Shown here in pieces: positions 54,682 through 64,000 of a stretch of 64,000 nt of DNA. Positions within the stretch are counted from its first letter, which is position 1. Each line of letters starts with the position of its first letter. The stretch comes from an uncultured Acidobacteriota bacterium (GTDB lineage: Bacteria; Acidobacteriota; Terriglobia; UBA7540). The translations under genes and the position numbers were made by a program. The notes beneath the pieces were generated by a model, which saw only the letters and a program-made list of their open reading frames with translations, had not been told where the DNA came from and ran no database searches. Location of the stretch: assembly GCA_963804995.1 (NCBI GenBank), contig CAWDSK010000006.1:768001-832000 (forward strand), in the 5' to 3' direction.

Positions 54682-54832
54682 CTATCGAATCGCCATAGTA
54701 GCGGCTTCGAGGAGCAGAGGGTCCTCATCGTTAAATTCCTTTTTCAGCCTGTTGAAAGTGGAGAGAGTCCGGGCGGCTTTCTCCTTCTGACCTGTTTCGT
54801 GTTTCCGCATATAGGCGATAGCTGGTAGAAGG
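54682..54832 (-). pseudogene. C-terminal fragment of a paralogue of the TPR protein at 58598..60238
   Basis: ETGQKEKAA..L.TF..LKKEFNDED.L.LE.AT matches the TPR C-terminus. Confidence 0.75.
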
Positions 54833-55261
54833 CCGGATGGCAAGGTTGATTTAAGCAGGCTTACCGAAAGGACACGAGGTCGATCCATGCACTCTGTGGT
54901 TTGCTTTCAAAAGACGTACGGGTGCTCGTGTGCAGTCCTGCACGAACAGACCGAGGACAGAGAGCAGGCTATAGGTCTAGCGAGGGCGGCGAAGAGAGCG
55001 TCCGTTTCAAAGTTCGGGGAATGTCCAACATCGAGTGCTGGTCGGCGCCAGCACTAGGCAAGATGCACGGGTGAGGGTTGGTGGGTACTCGACGATTCAG
55101 GGGAGAACATGGCTCGCTTTGCAGGATTCTGAATATGCTACGCTGCTTAGCGTGGTCCATAAGGCCTCCGCAGAAAATCTACCAACCACGTATTGTATTC
55201 TACCGAATAGGCCAAAGAATCTGGGTAGGGATTGTGGTGGTAATCCGCGAGGTGCAACACG

Positions 55262-55606
55262 TCAGATGAGAGACGCCTGTCGCTCTTTGCAGTCTTTACA
55301 ATGCCTGGCCCAGGGCACCGCTTCTAAGCGCGCCTTGCTAATCGGCTGCCTGCCTTCTTCGCATATTCCAAATTCCTCGTGCCGAATCCGGGTTAAGGCA
55401 TCCTCAATGGTCCGCAAGAGCTTGCTGTCTGTTTGATGCAACCGAATTTGTGTGACGGCGTCGGTTTCACCAGAGGACTTGTCGACGGGGTCTCCGCGAC
55501 GTTCGCCGGAGGTGAGAATCGAATCCACCATTCTCTTGCCGGTGGAGAGTTCTTGGCGCTTGGAAAAGAGGAGATTCTTATAGCGAACCAGGTCACTCTT
55601 GTTCAT
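55262..55606 (-). CDS. TraR/DksA family protein with a degenerate zinc finger
   Basis: DPVDKS tip; IEDALTRI..FGICEEG..PI..RLEAVPWARHCKDC (second Cys replaced by Gly). Confidence 0.85.
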   Translation of the reverse strand: MNKSDLVRYKNLLFSKRQELSTGKRMVDSILTSGERRGDPVDKSSGETDAVTQIRLHQTDSKLLRTIEDALTRIRHEEFGICEEGRQPISKARLEAVPWARHCKDCKERQASLI

Positions 55607-55879
55607 GACAACCGCCCTGTACCCCACGATTGCTGTGAATGCATGGTACCAGTTATCAGATGATTCAGCCAGAGATGTGCTGGGGCAGCGAGGTTTGCCT
55701 TGTCCAAAGCAAAATTGTTGTAACCCGACCGCCGCACATTTTCCAGCCGGTTCACCTGCCCTCTGCGCACGGAATCTATATGAAACTATTCCAGCAGACT
55801 ATGCCTGCGCCATCAAGGGAAGAACCCACGGTAAGCAAACCACTGACCGTGGCTCCCCGCTCACTCAGGCAAGCGGGCT

Positions 55880-56704
55880 CTATTTGTCCGCCAAATTCCC
55901 CAGTTGGCGCCGCATTGACGCGATCATCTCTTCGGTCTTAGCGATGAAGCCTTGCAAGGAAGCCCGGCCCAGCAGTAAGTGCACGAATTCCTTGTCGGGA
56001 TCAGTGTGGGCACAGGAATTCCGAACGCGATCCGCCTTATCGAAAAGAGAGTCGATCTCGTTTGAGCCGTCGGCGATCAGTCTGCGCTTCCGCAGTATCG
56101 TGCCCTTATCGATGAACATCGTGCATCCCAAGAGTTGATAGATCGGTAACCTTTCGGGATCAGGCTCTCGTGAGTACCTATTGTTGTATGCGAACATCGC
56201 TTTTCTCTTCCGCCCCTCGGACAGAACAGACCAGGAAGCCGCCGGGTCCTTAAGAGCGAGATCGAGCGCTGTTGTCTCAAGCTCAAGCGTGAGCGCGAAC
56301 AGGCACAGTTTGAACTGTGGCCCGAGGAGGTCTTCGTAATGAATCGTACCCGTGATCTGAGACTCTTGTAGTACGAAATAGAAGCCGCGTGATTCTTTCG
56401 AGAACAATTTGGCGACCTCAAGTACGGGCGTATCCGCACTCACCAAACCGTCAGCCAGGATCGGTTCTGCGACGCTGGCAACGTCCTTGAGGCTAGTGTC
56501 AAGGCTTTCAAACCCGATGTAGCCCACGGGACGGTCTCCAGCCAAGACTAACGAAAGTCTGGACAATGGATCATAACCGTCCGCCTCAGTCATTAGCAGC
56601 TCCCACGCGTCTTCAATTGATTGATTCGCTTGAACTGCCGGGCCCAAAGCGCATTGGATGTGCTTCGCGTGTATTGAGCCCGCCATGTGGCGAAGGATTG
56701 ACAT
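55880..56704 (-). CDS. Hypothetical protein with a CBS-like N-terminal region
   Basis: VSADTPVLEV..LF...FVL....ITGTIHYEDL; RVRNSCAH near the C-terminus. Confidence 0.65.
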   Translation of the reverse strand: MSILRHMAGSIHAKHIQCALGPAVQANQSIEDAWELLMTEADGYDPLSRLSLVLAGDRPVGYIGFESLDTSLKDVASVAEPILADGLVSADTPVLEVAKLFSKESRGFYFVLQESQITGTIHYEDLLGPQFKLCLFALTLELETTALDLALKDPAASWSVLSEGRKRKAMFAYNNRYSREPDPERLPIYQLLGCTMFIDKGTILRKRRLIADGSNEIDSLFDKADRVRNSCAHTDPDKEFVHLLLGRASLQGFIAKTEEMIASMRRQLGNLADK

Positions 56705-56835
56705 GCTTACTCAAATTAAACAGGATTTCTGTTTTTGGCCAACCCTTAGCATACACCCCATGCTCGCGGCATCCAATGCTCCTGCCTGATGTTTGTCATG
56801 CTGCGGATATTGAGACCGAATAAAATATCAGGGGC

Positions 56836-56866
56836 CACGGTCAGCGCGGTTCTGACCGTGAGCTTT
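56836..56866 (+). terminator. Hairpin with a short T tract
   Basis: CACGGTCAG-cgcggtt-CTGACCGTG followed by AGCTTTT. Confidence 0.4.
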
Positions 56867-57114
56867 TCTCATGCCCGATACCCCAGCGGCAACCGCACGT
56901 TGTCAAACTGAATGGGGCACGTCGATGGTCAGCGCGTATTCAGAATCGATGCATTCCCTGATCCTCGCTCCAAGCGACCCCCTACGGTAGAGGAGTTTTA
57001 GCCCGGCAAGTGGAGTTGAGTGTACACGGGCCGATATCCGCGACGCGAATCAGGTTCTTCGGGAGTGGCGTTGTCTGGAGTGAAGCGAGGGATTGCAAGG
57101 GGCAAAGCGAGATC

Positions 57115-57330
57115 CTACCGTCGGATAAGATCCCTCTCGTAGCGAATGCGCATCCACTCCAAGTCGACCCTGGGATCTGCTTTCTCTGCACTTTGGAGGG
57201 CTTCAGCTTTGTCAGCAGCGGTCCCTTGCCAGACAATCCATTCGTGGGCTCCCGGCCGGTCTTGAGCAGCAGGGCCGGAAACGGCTTCGATGTTACCGCT
57301 GACCAGCGCAATGACTTTCCAGTGGGTCAT
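57115..57330 (-). CDS. Small hypothetical protein
   Basis: 71 aa; AAAGGA RBS-like sequence upstream. Confidence 0.45.
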   Translation of the reverse strand: MTHWKVIALVSGNIEAVSGPAAQDRPGAHEWIVWQGTAADKAEALQSAEKADPRVDLEWMRIRYERDLIRR

Positions 57331-57409
57331 GGTTGCCGATGTTCCTTTCGAGGTATTTTACCAGAGTCGAAACGAGATGCTGCCAGTCCAGAATAGGACA
57401 TTGACGGGA

Positions 57410-57835
57410 ATGGTCATTGAGCCGAAGCCCGGGACATATGCGCTGATCCTTTCGTGTGCGAGCAATGCCCGTATTCAGATCGGGCGCCTGGGAACGATGC
57501 AGCTTCAGCGCGGGTATTACGTCTATCTGGGGAGCGCGTTGGGGCCTGGTGGCCTGCGTGCCCGGATCGCCCACCATCAGAAGCTGTCCACACGACCACA
57601 CTGGCACATCGACTATTTGAGAGCGCACACCCGGTTACATTCCGTGTGGCTCAATTACGATGGGAAGCGACACGAGCACGAGTGGGCACACGCGATGGAG
57701 AAGGTGAAGGACGCAACGATCCCTTTCCCGCGGTTTGGAGCCTCGGATTGCGTTTGCCCCTCACACCTTTACTTCTTAAACCGTTGTCCTACGCGGTTAC
57801 GGGCGTTAAGCTGGGCTATGCGGCCGGAGCCGTAG
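57410..57835 (+). CDS. GIY-YIG (DUF123/Uri) nuclease family protein
   Basis: GTYAL, YVYLGSALGPGGL.ARI, HWHIDYL, FGASDC.C.SHL. Confidence 0.85.
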   Translation: MVIEPKPGTYALILSCASNARIQIGRLGTMQLQRGYYVYLGSALGPGGLRARIAHHQKLSTRPHWHIDYLRAHTRLHSVWLNYDGKRHEHEWAHAMEKVKDATIPFPRFGASDCVCPSHLYFLNRCPTRLRALSWAMRPEP

Positions 57836-58220
57836 CTGGTAGCTCCCCGGCTTTTGTCTGAGCCTCCACGGTGTAAACCACAACCGCCTTTTTCCCACGC
57901 TTCACTGCGGTCGCATGGATTGAACTCAGATTGACACCTTTTGCTGCGAGCTTCTCCAAGTGCTGCGCCAGCGCACCGGGCTTGTTCGCCAGTTCGTGTT
58001 GCTCCGCCCCAGTTTCCTCGTATACAAGCTTGGCTTCGTTGAGGACCTTCTTTGCTCGCTTGGCGTCTTCGACCACAAGGTGGACTGTACCGGCTGCCCC
58101 CTGGGCCGTTCCTAAGAGCCCCAGGATATTTACCTTCGCACTCCCCAGCGCTTTCGCGATCGCCGCGACTGCGCCGGGCTGATTCTGAACAGTGATTGTC
58201 AACACTTTGGTCTTGGCCAT
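57816..58220 (-). CDS. Tandem ACT-domain protein
   Basis: NQPGAVA...VNI and NKPGALA...GVNL repeats; GGAGG RBS. Confidence 0.85.
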   Translation of the reverse strand: MAKTKVLTITVQNQPGAVAAIAKALGSAKVNILGLLGTAQGAAGTVHLVVEDAKRAKKVLNEAKLVYEETGAEQHELANKPGALAQHLEKLAAKGVNLSSIHATAVKRGKKAVVVYTVEAQTKAGELPATAPAA

Positions 58221-58597
58221 CTCGTCGCCTCCCAGTGGTTATGCCGACAGATTATACGCCTTAGAATTCAAACCGGCGCGCTGGAGTCGTCCGGTCGGAG
58301 CATAGGTTACGAGTTGAGCGGCAGGCTGAATCGTGCAAGACCGCAAGGGGAACGGGGCGAAATTGGGGTTGTGAAATGACGAAACTCGGGTGCTGTCGAC
58401 CCTTTCTATCCTGATTTCCAACGCAGAAGACAATAAGTCCTTTTTAGGCTTACCTCCAAACATGCATAAATGCAGATTCTGGACACGGCCGAATGTTCAC
58501 GTCTAAACTTCAAATATAAAGGTAAGCTGACACCTTGCGGCTGTGACCTAGGTCGTTTACACTCACGAACCAGAAGGGGACGCGAGACGCACAGAAC

Positions 58598-60238
58598 GTG
58601 TCTATGATTTCCCGGCCAAGCCATTGCTGTTGGTGCCTTGTGGGGTTCGTCCTGGTAATTTCTCTGCTAGGTCTCGCGCCATACAGGGTTCTGGTATCTC
58701 AAGATCGAGACCAGGCTGACCTGCCACCGGGAACGAGATATGTTCCGCAGGATTCTGGGTCTCATAAAACCGAGGCCGATCTCCATCTGGAACAAGCGGT
58801 ACAAGCGATTAAGGCCCACGCTCTGGTCCAAGGTGAGGCCGAGCTTCGTTTGGCCATTCAGGCAGACCCGAATTTGGCGGAAGCCTACCTGATGCTAGCT
58901 GAACTCGAGCTTCAGAAGGGCAAGCCTGATGCAGCCATCAAGGACTTCCAGCAGGGCCTCAAACTGAACCCGCGCTCCTTCCACGGTCACTACAATCTTG
59001 CTCTTGCTTATCTTCAACAAGGGAACCAGGGCGAAGGACTGCGCGAACTGGAGCAAGCTGCCCAACTAAATCCTAGGAACGCCGATGTGGCATACAATCT
59101 GGGCGTGCTGTTGCTCGGGATGGGGAAACCGCAAGATGCTCTTCGCCGCCTGCGGCAGGCGGAGGCGGCGGAGCCCGGCCGGCCCGACGTGGCGTTTAAT
59201 ATCGTGCGCGGCTTGTTCGCGTTGGGGCGAACCCAGGAAGCGCGGGAGCAGGTTGCTCGGGACTCAAAGCGTTTGGGTGGAGACGCCCGATGGAATGCTT
59301 CCGTGGGGAGCCTTCTCCTGGAAAGCGGCAACTCTGAGGAGGCCATTCGCTATCTTCGGAGATCGATGGACCTGGATCCCAACAACCTTGCGACCTGTGA
59401 ACAACTGGGTACAGCATACTTGGGCGCTGGTCAGCCAGAGGAAGCGCTGAATGCACTTGCCAACGCCAACTCTGGCCAGGCTCACTTCCTGAGGGCGACC
59501 GCATTTGCAAAACTGCGCCGCCTACCCTTGGCCGCGGACGAGGCGACGCAGGCAATGAATGAGGAACCTGGTAACCCACGCTATCTGATTTTGGCGGCGC
59601 GGATCGCTCAGTATGAACGTCCACAAGGCCGCGCCTTGGAGTTGATCCGCAAAGCACTCGAGGTCGCGCCGGATTGGTCCGAAGCCTATTACAGTCAGGC
59701 AGTGAGTTACTACATCGAGAGACGCTATGCCGACGCCGAACGCAGCCTTGACCGGGCTCTCAAGCTGGACCCTCGTTCCGCGCGTGCCCTTTTTCTTTAT
59801 GGAGTCATCCAGGTCAATGTGGGCAACAGCCGGAAGGCAGAAGAGTATCTAGCGCGCGCCATTGCTCTTCAGCCGGCCAATGCCACTTTTCACTTTCATC
59901 TTGGAACCGCATATTTGAGAGAAAATCAGATTAGCGAAGCACAGCAGGCATTTGAAAAAGCCATCCAACTCCGACCCGGTTACGCCCTGCCGCATTACCA
60001 TATGGCGAAACTGCTCATTAAGCAGGGCAGGAAGGAAGTCGCCGAGCAGGAGCTTCAGAAAGCGATCGATTGCCAGCCTGATCTGGCTCCAGCCTACTAC
60101 CAGCTATCCCGGCTCCTTGGTGAAACAGGGCAGAAGGAAAAAGCCGCCGAGGCACTCGCGACTTTCCACAAGCTGAAGAAGGAATTTAACGACGAAGACC
60201 TTCTGATCCTCGAAGACGCTACTGGGGCGCTCCGGTAG
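58598..60238 (+). CDS. Exported tetratricopeptide-repeat protein
   Basis: N-terminal hydrophobic segment followed by many TPR repeats (P..A.AY..L, YNLG). Confidence 0.9.
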   Translation: MSMISRPSHCCWCLVGFVLVISLLGLAPYRVLVSQDRDQADLPPGTRYVPQDSGSHKTEADLHLEQAVQAIKAHALVQGEAELRLAIQADPNLAEAYLMLAELELQKGKPDAAIKDFQQGLKLNPRSFHGHYNLALAYLQQGNQGEGLRELEQAAQLNPRNADVAYNLGVLLLGMGKPQDALRRLRQAEAAEPGRPDVAFNIVRGLFALGRTQEAREQVARDSKRLGGDARWNASVGSLLLESGNSEEAIRYLRRSMDLDPNNLATCEQLGTAYLGAGQPEEALNALANANSGQAHFLRATAFAKLRRLPLAADEATQAMNEEPGNPRYLILAARIAQYERPQGRALELIRKALEVAPDWSEAYYSQAVSYYIERRYADAERSLDRALKLDPRSARALFLYGVIQVNVGNSRKAEEYLARAIALQPANATFHFHLGTAYLRENQISEAQQAFEKAIQLRPGYALPHYHMAKLLIKQGRKEVAEQELQKAIDCQPDLAPAYYQLSRLLGETGQKEKAAEALATFHKLKKEFNDEDLLILEDATGALR

Positions 60239-60496
60239 GCGCCAACGACGACGAACCCCGGCGAGGCCTTCTTGGGTCCAGCTCGAGGTCTATTTTGATG
60301 AGGAGAAGGAGTCGGCCAGCGTTTATTTTGGTTAGCTTCGCCAGGTCGGTTCTGTAGGACAAGTTATTGTATGGAGGGAGTTGCTGAACGACTTTTCTTG
60401 TTGACACTGGAATCAGGCGGGCTCAAGATTACGCCAGCAAAAAGAAATCGCGCGATTGCTTCCCGCTCTAGTGAAGCCTCTATCGAAAGGAGCCCT

Positions 60497-61828
60497 ATGA
60501 AAAAATTCACTCTTACTCGGCGAGAGTTTCTCGAAAAGTCATCGGCGGGCCTCGCAGCGGCAAGCCTTGCTCCACGTGCGCCTGCGGTTTCGGGAAATCC
60601 CAACGCTCTGGCCCTTCACGGGGGTACCCCAGTTCGAACCAAGCCTTTTACCGAGTGGCCTCAGACGTTCGAGCTGGACGAAGCGAACATTCTCAAGTCC
60701 CTGCGCAGCCATCGTTGGTGCACCTACGACAAGGGGAATTTTATTCCAGAGTTTGAAAAGGCGTGGGCAAAAGAGTTGGGCGTGGGTGGCTGTGTAACGA
60801 CTCCTTGCGGCACGCATGCTCTTCATACGGCGCTAGAATTAGTAGGCGTTAGCCCTGGCGATGAGGTTCTGGTAGCCCCCTATACCTACATCGCCACGAT
60901 TGACGCCATCCTCCTTAATTTTGCGCTGCCGGTGTTTGTGGATACCGACCTGAAGACTTTTACTATGGATCCTGACGACATCGAACACCGCATCACTCCG
61001 GACACGCGGGCGATTTTGCCTGTCCACATGCTAAGCAACGCGGCGCATATGGACAAGATTCTGGCTATCGCCAAGAAGCACAATCTTCCGGTGGTTGAGG
61101 ACGCCTGCCAGGCGCACACGACCACATGGCAGGGCAAGCGGCTGGGCACGCTGGGAACGGCCGGCTGTTTCAGCTTCCAGGAGAGCAAGGTCCTGCCCGG
61201 CGGCGAGTTGGGCGCGTTGGTGAGCAACGATCCGGACCTGATCCAGAGGGCATACATCTGGCGTAACTTTGGGTTCGAGCAGAAGGGGCGTATCGTGATT
61301 CGCGGAGCAAAGTATCGTACTTCCGACTTCGCTCCCGCCATCGCGATGGCTCAGATTACTCGGTATCAGAAGGTCCATGCCGTGCAGGAGCAGAATGCTG
61401 ATTATCTCAAGGAGCAATTAAAAAAGATTCCAGGGATTTATCCGCAGGAGCAATACCCGGAGACTGCACACCAGACCTATTACCACTTTGGCATGCGCTA
61501 CGACGCCGCACATTACAATGGCGTGCCCCGCGACCAGGTGCTTAAAGCGCTGAACGCGGAAGGAATCCCGATCGAGGGCGCTTATGGACCCGCGCTCAAT
61601 CGCGAACCGTACCTGGAACATACCCTCAATTCCCGCGGGTATCAGCGACTCTACTCCAAGGAGCGCCTAGCCCGGTACCGCGAACAGAACCATTGCCCGC
61701 ACAACGATGAGCTTACGGCCACGGCCATGGAGTTCGGCCATCATATGCTGATGGGGCCGAAAGCCGACATGGACGACATCGCGGCGGCGTTCCATAAAGT
61801 GCTCAGCAACGCTGCGGCTTTGTCGTAG
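60497..61828 (+). CDS. DegT/DnrJ/EryC1/StrS aminotransferase with a Tat-like signal (close paralogue of 51472..52815)
   Basis: TRREFLE and long stretches identical to the first copy; AAGGAG RBS. Confidence 0.92.
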   Translation: MKKFTLTRREFLEKSSAGLAAASLAPRAPAVSGNPNALALHGGTPVRTKPFTEWPQTFELDEANILKSLRSHRWCTYDKGNFIPEFEKAWAKELGVGGCVTTPCGTHALHTALELVGVSPGDEVLVAPYTYIATIDAILLNFALPVFVDTDLKTFTMDPDDIEHRITPDTRAILPVHMLSNAAHMDKILAIAKKHNLPVVEDACQAHTTTWQGKRLGTLGTAGCFSFQESKVLPGGELGALVSNDPDLIQRAYIWRNFGFEQKGRIVIRGAKYRTSDFAPAIAMAQITRYQKVHAVQEQNADYLKEQLKKIPGIYPQEQYPETAHQTYYHFGMRYDAAHYNGVPRDQVLKALNAEGIPIEGAYGPALNREPYLEHTLNSRGYQRLYSKERLARYREQNHCPHNDELTATAMEFGHHMLMGPKADMDDIAAAFHKVLSNAAALS

Positions 61829-61996
61829 TGGCAGAACTGCCCGGCGGTTGCCTGCTTGGGCGCGAACAATTCCGCTCCCAGGATGGCGTGGAGCCCTATT
61901 CTTGGCGATCTGTGATCTCCCAGGGATCTCTTGGAACCTTTCGTGAATTGCAGACCTCCAAGTACACGGGTGTGCGCCATCCTGGAAGAGAGTGCA

Positions 61997-62620
61997 TCAG
62001 GTGTGATGCTCGGGGTGAGTACAGCCGGGAAAGTCGCTGAGATAAGTGAGGCCTTGATATTCCAGAACGTCAATGAGTCCTACACGCGACGCATAGAAAC
62101 CCTCGACCGTCATTTGCTTGACGAGACGATAAAAGTCAAAGCCGGGATGGCTGGCCTTCGGGTCGTGCTCGGGACGGCTCATTTCTGTCAGCAGGCGTTC
62201 CTGGTCAGCTGCGGAAACTTCCCGGAAAGCGCGATGGTATTTTTCCTGGCTCAGTTGATCCAGCAAGGCTAAGCCGTGGGTCCAACTCCTTTGTAATTCG
62301 GGCTCGTTTTCTGACGCCGCGAACACTACGAAATCGATATAGTTTGCGACTTGAGCCTCTTTGGCCCCGGGTTTGTCGTCAGTCGGGATAATCAATTCGG
62401 TAAGAAGTTCCACAGTGTAAAACTCTTCCGGCTTGAAGTACTGAGGTACGTAAGGCGGCGCGGGTGCCTGCGGCGGCGCGTGGTGCATGCCAGGCATGGC
62501 CGGATTGGAGGCAGCCTTCGCCGAAGGCAACCAACCCGCCAGAAATTCCTGGCCCGCTGCGCTGCCGGTGAGAAGACTCAGGTATTTGAGCGCGGCGCGC
62601 CGAGCGATGATTTGTTCCAT
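61997..62620 (-). CDS. Gluconate 2-dehydrogenase subunit 3 family protein (Tat)
   Basis: ARRAALK; LIIPTDDKPGA.EA.V..YID; TVEGFY.S..G. Confidence 0.88.
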   Translation of the reverse strand: MEQIIARRAALKYLSLLTGSAAGQEFLAGWLPSAKAASNPAMPGMHHAPPQAPAPPYVPQYFKPEEFYTVELLTELIIPTDDKPGAKEAQVANYIDFVVFAASENEPELQRSWTHGLALLDQLSQEKYHRAFREVSAADQERLLTEMSRPEHDPKASHPGFDFYRLVKQMTVEGFYASRVGLIDVLEYQGLTYLSDFPGCTHPEHHT

Positions 62621-62686
62621 GATTTCACCCCGAAGCTAGTGATCGGCGATAACCACGTGCTGCCTGGCCGCCGCTACGAGCAATAG

Positions 62687-64000
62687 CTAAACGTTTCCGA
62701 GCCGAAACTCCTCTGCCAAGTGGGCACAAGCCCGATACGATATGCCCATAATCGTGCCTGTGATCGACTTTTCCGGGTGAGTCACAAAGCACGATGCGTC
62801 TACCACCAGCAGGTTCTGCACGTCATGGCAGCGATTCCATTTGTTGAGCACCGAGGTGTGCGGATCATCCCCCATGCGGCAGCCCCCCGCCTCGTGCGTA
62901 ATGGCACCTAAAGGGTAGGGAGTAACCTTTTTGTAGGGAAAGATCTCAGCTCCCGCAGCCCGAAGGAGCTCCTCACAGTGGCCATAGATCTCATCCAGCA
63001 TCGCGAACGCGTGGTCGTATTCGGAGTTAGTGTGAAACCGTACCTGGGGAATCCCCAGTCGGTCCGTGCGCCCATCCGGATCAATCTCCACATAGTTTGA
63101 ATAGAATGCCAAGCCTTCGCCCTGACCCGTCAGGGATACCGAGGCCGGATAGAGCTCTTTGATCTTTGCCTTGTAAGGGGCGCCGAAACCCGGCAGCGCT
63201 ACGCCCGGCCCGGGTCCGTCTCCGCAACCAGTGTGGGGATCAAGCTGAAAACCGCGTAGGTATTTCTTCTTATCCGTATGCCCAAAATTGTAGCGAGGAA
63301 TCAAGGTGGATGATTCACCGGGCCCGTCGTCGTTGGTGCTGGGGCGCCCTGCAAGCTGCGGGAAAAATCCGTAGACGACAGGGTTGGACACGTTATCCAA
63401 CAGGTAGTGGCCCAGCGTGCCGCTGGAATTAGCCAGGCCCGTTGGGGATTCGCGGTTCCTGGAATTGAATAGGATTCGGATGGATTCGACCATCGAGGCT
63501 GCGAGCACGACGGCTTTCGAATGGGCCTCGTACTCCTGCTTGTTCCGCGTGTCGATAAAGGTTACGCCCCGCGCCTTTCCGGTGTTGCCATCCACCGGAA
63601 CCCTGTGCACCGCAGCATTGGTGCGCTAGGTGAAATTGTGCAATTCCGTAACTTTGGGGATCAGGACTTCGCCGAGCAGTATCGCGAACGTGTATCACAG
63701 CCAAAACTACAGGCGCCGCAGTAATGACACGCCGGGCGTCCGTCGTAGGGTTGACTCAGCACAGCAAGTGACTTCGCGGCAACTTTAATGCCGAGCTTTT
63801 CAGCGCCCTTCTTGAGGAGCAGTTCGCCGCAGCGCGGTCGAAAGGGTGGCAAAAGGCCTTTGCCCTTGGGGCTGTTCATGATTTCATGGTCTTCGCTGCC
63901 GGACACTCCGATCAGCCTTTCGACTTGATCGTAATACGGCTCCATGTCCTCATAGCTGATCGGCCAATCTTCACCCCACCCGTCCTGCATGCTCTTGGCC
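62687..64000 (-). pseudogene. GMC-family oxidoreductase (5' end outside the window) with a frameshift (~63670) and an in-frame TAG (63626-63628)
   Basis: [48 protein letters not shown] and NLLVVD. Confidence 0.85.

Overview
GC-rich bacterial chromosomal window. Gene content and style suggest Acidobacteriota (inference only). It is an IS-riddled accessory region. From left to right it holds: a cNMP-binding protein; a gltA-icd-mdh-(truncated 4Fe-4S ferredoxin) TCA cluster; an attenuator-controlled ilvB with a fused ACT domain; a divergent RpoD-like sigma/RRM/basic-peptide operon; small regulators (Lrp/AsnC domain, DksA/TraR, receiver); a spherulin-4 protein; a B12 radical SAM enzyme; and a minus-strand operon of mostly unknown genes (ABM-like, membrane proteins, RRM, stand-alone Tudor-like domain, pseudo-receiver fusion). 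These are followed by a nest of IS481-like/IS1595/IS630 elements, a frameshifted ~3,000-aa cyclic beta-1,2-glucan synthase, defence-gene relics, and three tRNA 3' fragments that look like att sites. The right end carries a Tat-exported sugar/amine redox cluster: FAD oxidoreductase, two DegT aminotransferases, MFS, TPR protein, GMC oxidoreductase and its small subunit. The best candidates for undescribed biology are (i) the two RRM operons with RNAP-directed factors and a shared leader motif, (ii) ssrA-like PAAA tails on three TCA enzymes, (iii) the triple att cluster, and (iv) the Tat-exported aminotransferase/GMC pathway. Several single-base frameshifts may be assembly errors. No CRISPR array, rRNA or intact tRNA was seen.
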